From: Coleofasciculus chthonoplastes F2-STO-03
Lineage (GTDB): Bacteria; Cyanobacteriota; Cyanobacteriia; Cyanobacteriales; Coleofasciculaceae
DNA: 64,000 bases
Assembly (NCBI GenBank): GCA_040222015.1
Contig: JAVJWO010000072.1
Coordinates: forward strand, 1 to 64,000
Reading direction: 5' to 3'
This document shows, piece by piece, positions 60,302-64,000 of the stretch. The notes under the pieces were generated by a model. The model did not search any database. It was not told the DNA's origin and was given only the letters and a program-made list of their open reading frames with translations. The translations under genes were made by a program, and so were the position numbers. The stretch's first letter is position 1. The number at the start of each line of letters is the position of its first letter.

Positions 60302-61027
60302 TTAGCCTTTCACAGCTTGACCCGCTTGCTGATCTAAAAGCCACCACAATTCCCCTTGAGGCTGAATGAACCGCGCCGGATAGGTCAAGGGATCAGCTTC
60401 ATCGGCAAAGATTTGAGCCAACGCAGGTTGCTTTCCGGCTCCCGCCACCAGAAACATCACGCAATGGGCTTGGTTAATCAAGGGTACAGTAAAAGTTATC
60501 CGAGGTTGACCATCTTTATTGCCCACAGTCACCCGGCGATCGCAAACCTGTAGCGCTTGGGTATGAGGAAATAAAGATGCCGTATGGGCGTCGTCACCAA
60601 TGCCCAGTAAAATCACATCAAATTGGGGAAACTCGCCAGCAGCTACACCAAAGAACTCCCCCAGTTCAGTATCATGCTTCGAGGCGTCGGCTTCCGGAGA
60701 CTCCCCGTCTGTGGGAATTGGGTGAATATTCGTGGGTGGGATATCAACGTGATCCAACCAAGTCTGACGCGCCATCGCTTGATTGCTATCCGGGTGATCG
60801 GCTGGGACATAGCGTTCATCGCCCCAAAAGATGTGCAGTTTATCCCAGGGTAGATCCTGGCTAGCTAGGGCTTCATAGAGGGGCTTTGGTGTACCGCCCC
60901 CGGCTAAAGCCAGGGTACAGCGCCCTGAGCGTTGGATTGCCTCCTGTATCTTTGTTAGGACAACATCACGCGATCGCTCAATCAGCGCGGCTTGATCAGG
61001 CAAAACTTCGACAATTTTCTTCATCAA
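60302..61027 (-). CDS. pgl: 6-phosphogluconolactonase
   Basis: GGGTPK, WGDERYV and HTASLFP motifs. Confidence 0.96.
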   Translation of the reverse strand: MMKKIVEVLPDQAALIERSRDVVLTKIQEAIQRSGRCTLALAGGGTPKPLYEALASQDLPWDKLHIFWGDERYVPADHPDSNQAMARQTWLDHVDIPPTNIHPIPTDGESPEADASKHDTELGEFFGVAAGEFPQFDVILLGIGDDAHTASLFPHTQALQVCDRRVTVGNKDGQPRITFTVPLINQAHCVMFLVAGAGKQPALAQIFADEADPLTYPARFIQPQGELWWLLDQQAGQAVKG

Positions 61028-61200
61028 TCTGTGATCCTCCTCCTCAACAGGTTACTTGGTCTAGCCGACCATTTCATTAGATAATTGCAGTAGACCCCTA
61101 GGGTAATCATTCAAATATCCATGAGTTACTATGGGCAAGTCATACATGAACCCTAATTGTCCCATACAGTATGGGGTACACTCGGTTCTAGGGTAAAAAA

Positions 61201-61400
61201 TTCCACTACCCCACTGTGTAGACGGCGGGGATGGCTAAGGACTTGCCTTAGTCACGCAAGTGTTGAATAGACCCCAAGCTGCTAGCTGGTATGTACTTCC
61301 AGATACTTCCCTAGCCTGGATGATTATCTACCAACCCTTAGGTCTGGGTTCGTCTAAAAGGTGGAGATCTTGCTAGTAGTGGTATCGTTGGGACTAAAAC
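61201..61400 (+). ncRNA. HEARO/omegaRNA-like structured RNA (IscB/IsrB type) with no associated ORF
   Basis: Six compatible helices and a TCCC/GGGA pseudoknot candidate. The motif order ACTACCCC..GGGG, TTGAATAG, ACTTCC.GATACTTCCCTAG.CTGGA, GGGACT matches my recollection of cyanobacterial iscB/isrB leaders. Confidence 0.7.
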
Positions 61401-61510
61401 AGGTTTTGCAGGTTCCTGGGTTTTTCACCATTAAAAACCTGCTTGTAAACCATAGTGGGCGCGATTTCGGACCCAACGTAAGACGATGGGGTATCCGTCG
61501 CGGAATCAGG

Positions 61511-62269
61511 ATGAAAAGTAGTACTATGTATTCGTCGTTCGCGGGTTTAGCACTTAAAATAGTCGGACTGATCATGATCCTATCGTCCCTGTTGGATTAT
61601 CTGATCCTGATTATTCCCTCTCCTGGTGTTAGCCCCCTTCAGAATGAATGGCAGCTTAATTTAACCACCCAGCTTGTTGATCGAGGTGTTATCCCGATGG
61701 TGGGAATTGCCTTTTTGATAGCAGGATATTGGATCAGCAATAACAGTGGTGGCTCATTACCGGAGCGAAAATCCTCAATCACTGACTTGAGATTTTGGGC
61801 ATTTTTACTCTCCAGCCTATTGGGTTTACTCTTCCTGTTGCTTGTCCCCTTGCACTTTAACAATGTCCGCATCCAAAGCAATCAAGCGATAGAACAGATT
61901 ACTCAGCAAGCCCAGCAAGCTGAAACCCAACTGGAAACGCAAGTTCAGCAAATTGATACTCTGCTTCAAGATCCACAACAGCTAGAACGACTAGACCAAG
62001 CCATTGAAAGCGGTCAAGCTCAAGGAGAGCAACTCCAGCGACTCCAGGCACTCCGAGAACAATTGCAGGCGCTCAGAACAGATCCCGAAGCGATCGCTCA
62101 AAGAACAGAGCAAGCTCAGACTCAAATCCGGGGTCGTAAACAAGAACTTGAGCAACGCGCCCGAACTGAGGCATTAAAAAGAGGTATCCGCATCGGTTTA
62201 AGCAGCTTACTCTTAGCCATTGGCTACAGTATCATTGGCTGGATGGGATTGCGGAACTTGAGCAGTTAA
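61511..62269 (+). CDS. hpsJ: HpsJ-family membrane protein (hormogonium polysaccharide associated)
   Basis: WQ..TTQLVDRGVIPMVG, LLVPLHFNN and a Gln-rich coiled coil. The GTG 61361 start falls inside the RNA element. Confidence 0.75.
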   Translation: MKSSTMYSSFAGLALKIVGLIMILSSLLDYLILIIPSPGVSPLQNEWQLNLTTQLVDRGVIPMVGIAFLIAGYWISNNSGGSLPERKSSITDLRFWAFLLSSLLGLLFLLLVPLHFNNVRIQSNQAIEQITQQAQQAETQLETQVQQIDTLLQDPQQLERLDQAIESGQAQGEQLQRLQALREQLQALRTDPEAIAQRTEQAQTQIRGRKQELEQRARTEALKRGIRIGLSSLLLAIGYSIIGWMGLRNLSS

Positions 62270-62551
62270 TCTTCAAGTTATTGCTATGCGAGCAACAGGC
62301 AAAAAGGTTTGATAACAGTCTCTAAATTGTCAGTTGATCGAGATTTACGATTCAAAGAAGATACACATAAGCTTCCTAATCACCCATTCCGAGATAACAA
62401 ATAATCTCTATTCGAGCCAGTTGCCAACTGCTGTAGGTAATCCCCAGTTCTGCTTTTATGTGTCATCGGTTACGATTGGCATTGAGGCGGATTGGGGTTC
62501 TCAATTTGACCAAACCGCTTTAGCTAGACTAATTTTTTTACAACCTTTGAC

Positions 62552-63406
62552 ATGTTCTCGATTTATATCCTCACCTACAACGAAGAACGAGATATTGAAG
62601 CGTGCATTCAGTCAGCGCGGCTGTCGGATGACATCATTTTGGTGGATTCATGTAGTAGCGATCGCACGGTAGAACTTGCCCAAGGCTATCCTGTGCGAGT
62701 TGTATCTCATGCCTTTGAAAGTCATGGGCGTCAGCGTACTTGGATGCTGGAGAACGTCTCCACTAAGTATGAATGGGCTTACATCCTAGAAGCCGATGAA
62801 CGGATGACCCCAGCCCTATTTGCTGAATGCCTAGAGGCGATCAAGGACAACCAGTACGTAGGATATTATGTCGCTGAACGGGTCATGTTCATGAATCAAT
62901 GGATTCGTCACTGTACTCAGTATCCCCGTTACCAACTTCGTTTACTGCGAAAAGGTCAAGTCTGGTTTACCGATTATGGTCATACTGAACGGGAAGTTTC
63001 TCAGGGTTCTATCGGCTTTTTGAAAGAAACCTACCCGCACTATACCTGTAGTAAGGGGTTTACGCGCTGGATTGAAAAACACAACCGCTACTCCACCGAT
63101 GAAGCCCGGGAAACCTTACGCCAACTTGAACAAGGCACCGTCAACTGGGGGAATTTGCTGCTGGGGCGATCAGAAGTAGAACGGCGTCATGCCCTCAAAG
63201 ATCTGTCGTTACGCTTGCCCTTTCGTCCATTACTACGCTTTCTCTATATGTACATTTTCCTCGGAGGCTTCCTGGATGGACGTGCTGGCTTTACCTGGTG
63301 TACCTTACAGGCATTTTATGAATATCTAATTACCCTCAAGGTTTGGGAACTCAAGGATCAACAACTGCCCACCCTTGAGGCAACCGATTCCCAACTCTCT
63401 TTCTAA
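62552..63406 (+). CDS. Glycosyltransferase family 2
   Basis: ILTYNEE, VDSCSSDRT, LEADER and GFLDGRAG. Confidence 0.93.
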   Translation: MFSIYILTYNEERDIEACIQSARLSDDIILVDSCSSDRTVELAQGYPVRVVSHAFESHGRQRTWMLENVSTKYEWAYILEADERMTPALFAECLEAIKDNQYVGYYVAERVMFMNQWIRHCTQYPRYQLRLLRKGQVWFTDYGHTEREVSQGSIGFLKETYPHYTCSKGFTRWIEKHNRYSTDEARETLRQLEQGTVNWGNLLLGRSEVERRHALKDLSLRLPFRPLLRFLYMYIFLGGFLDGRAGFTWCTLQAFYEYLITLKVWELKDQQLPTLEATDSQLSF

Positions 63407-63681
63407 AGACCAACACCCTTGGACAAGCTTAAATAGAGACATCAATACTTGCAACAATTCTTAACAAGCTTTACAACTAGAGATAGAACCCTCGACCAGG
63501 AGTACTGCTTCACTGGGGCAGCAAAAGGGAAAAGGGGGTTGAGCAGGAGTTCATCCCCCTCAACGGCTGGGAAAGCTGGCAGTGATTGCCGTGATCAGGT
63601 CAAGGTTTCAACAGCTTATACCAGTAATTGAGGGAGCAATGACAGACGTTTAAGAGCCATTGTAAGGAGAGTCAGTACTCT

Positions 63682-64000
63682 GTGATCCAACGCTTCAAGC
63701 AGGACTTAAAAAACGACCTAATCGCCGGTCTCCTGGTAGTGATTCCCCTCGCTACCACAATCTGGCTGACGATTACCATCGCCAATTGGGTGATCAATTT
63801 TCTCACCCGTATCCCTAAGCAACTCAACCCCTATAATAACCTCCACCCCATTTTGGTCAATCTCTTGAATTTACTGGTCGGGCTAACGGTGCCCCTCCTG
63901 TGCATTCTACTGATTGGCTTAATGGCACGTAATATTGTCGGGCGGTGGTTGCTGGATTTAGGGGAACGAGTGTTGCAGGCAATTCCCCTGGCTGGATCAG
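63682..64000 (+). CDS. DUF502 family membrane protein (partial, runs off the window)
   Basis: AAGGAG then GTG; translation begins IQRFKQDLKNDLIAGLLVVIPLATTIW..LIGLMARN. Not in the ORF track. Confidence 0.85.
   Translation, partial: MIQRFKQDLKNDLIAGLLVVIPLATTIWLTITIANWVINFLTRIPKQLNPYNNLHPILVNLLNLLVGLTVPLLCILLIGLMARNIVGRWLLDLGERVLQAIPLAGS

Noticed and set aside
61361..61510. Extended N-terminus of HpsJ
   Set aside because: It starts inside the structured RNA element. ATG 61511 or 61526 is more plausible.
62334..62672. 112-aa ORF overlapping the GT2 start
   Set aside because: No motif, and it overlaps a well-supported gene out of frame.

Overview
This is chromosomal DNA from a cyanobacterium. 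HIP1 octamers (GCGATCGC) are frequent, heptamer STRR tracts and GTAG-type palindromic repeats are abundant, and the gene set points to a filamentous, Coleofasciculus-like organism (inference). Most genes are housekeeping or typical cyanobacterial genes: ppc, cutA, kptA, ssb, a mannose-1-phosphate guanylyltransferase/phosphomannomutase fusion, cobK, uvrC, pgl, fraH, hpsJ, two tandem bacterial dynamins and a K+ channel. The main signals beyond the gene list are five. (1) A highly structured, ORF-less RNA-like element at 61201-61400 has the architecture of an IscB/IsrB omegaRNA (HEARO) and lies between pgl and hpsJ. (2) A tnpB 3' end with its right end is at 3-194, and a second, orphan IS200/IS605-type end is at 23781. 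(3) Palindromic REP/REPIN-like elements are translated in-frame inside four proteins (CobK, UvrC and two TIR-WD40 paralogs) and supply stop codons to two genes. (4) A candidate small-molecule cluster combines MATE, an aromatic amino acid decarboxylase and a cytoplasmic PhoD with a convergent atypical PfkB kinase. (5) A TPS/haemagglutinin-CHAT protease, a DUF928-like gene and two TIR-transmembrane-WD40 genes form one locus. No rRNA, tRNA or CRISPR array was recognised. All family assignments come from motif recognition by eye, with no database search.
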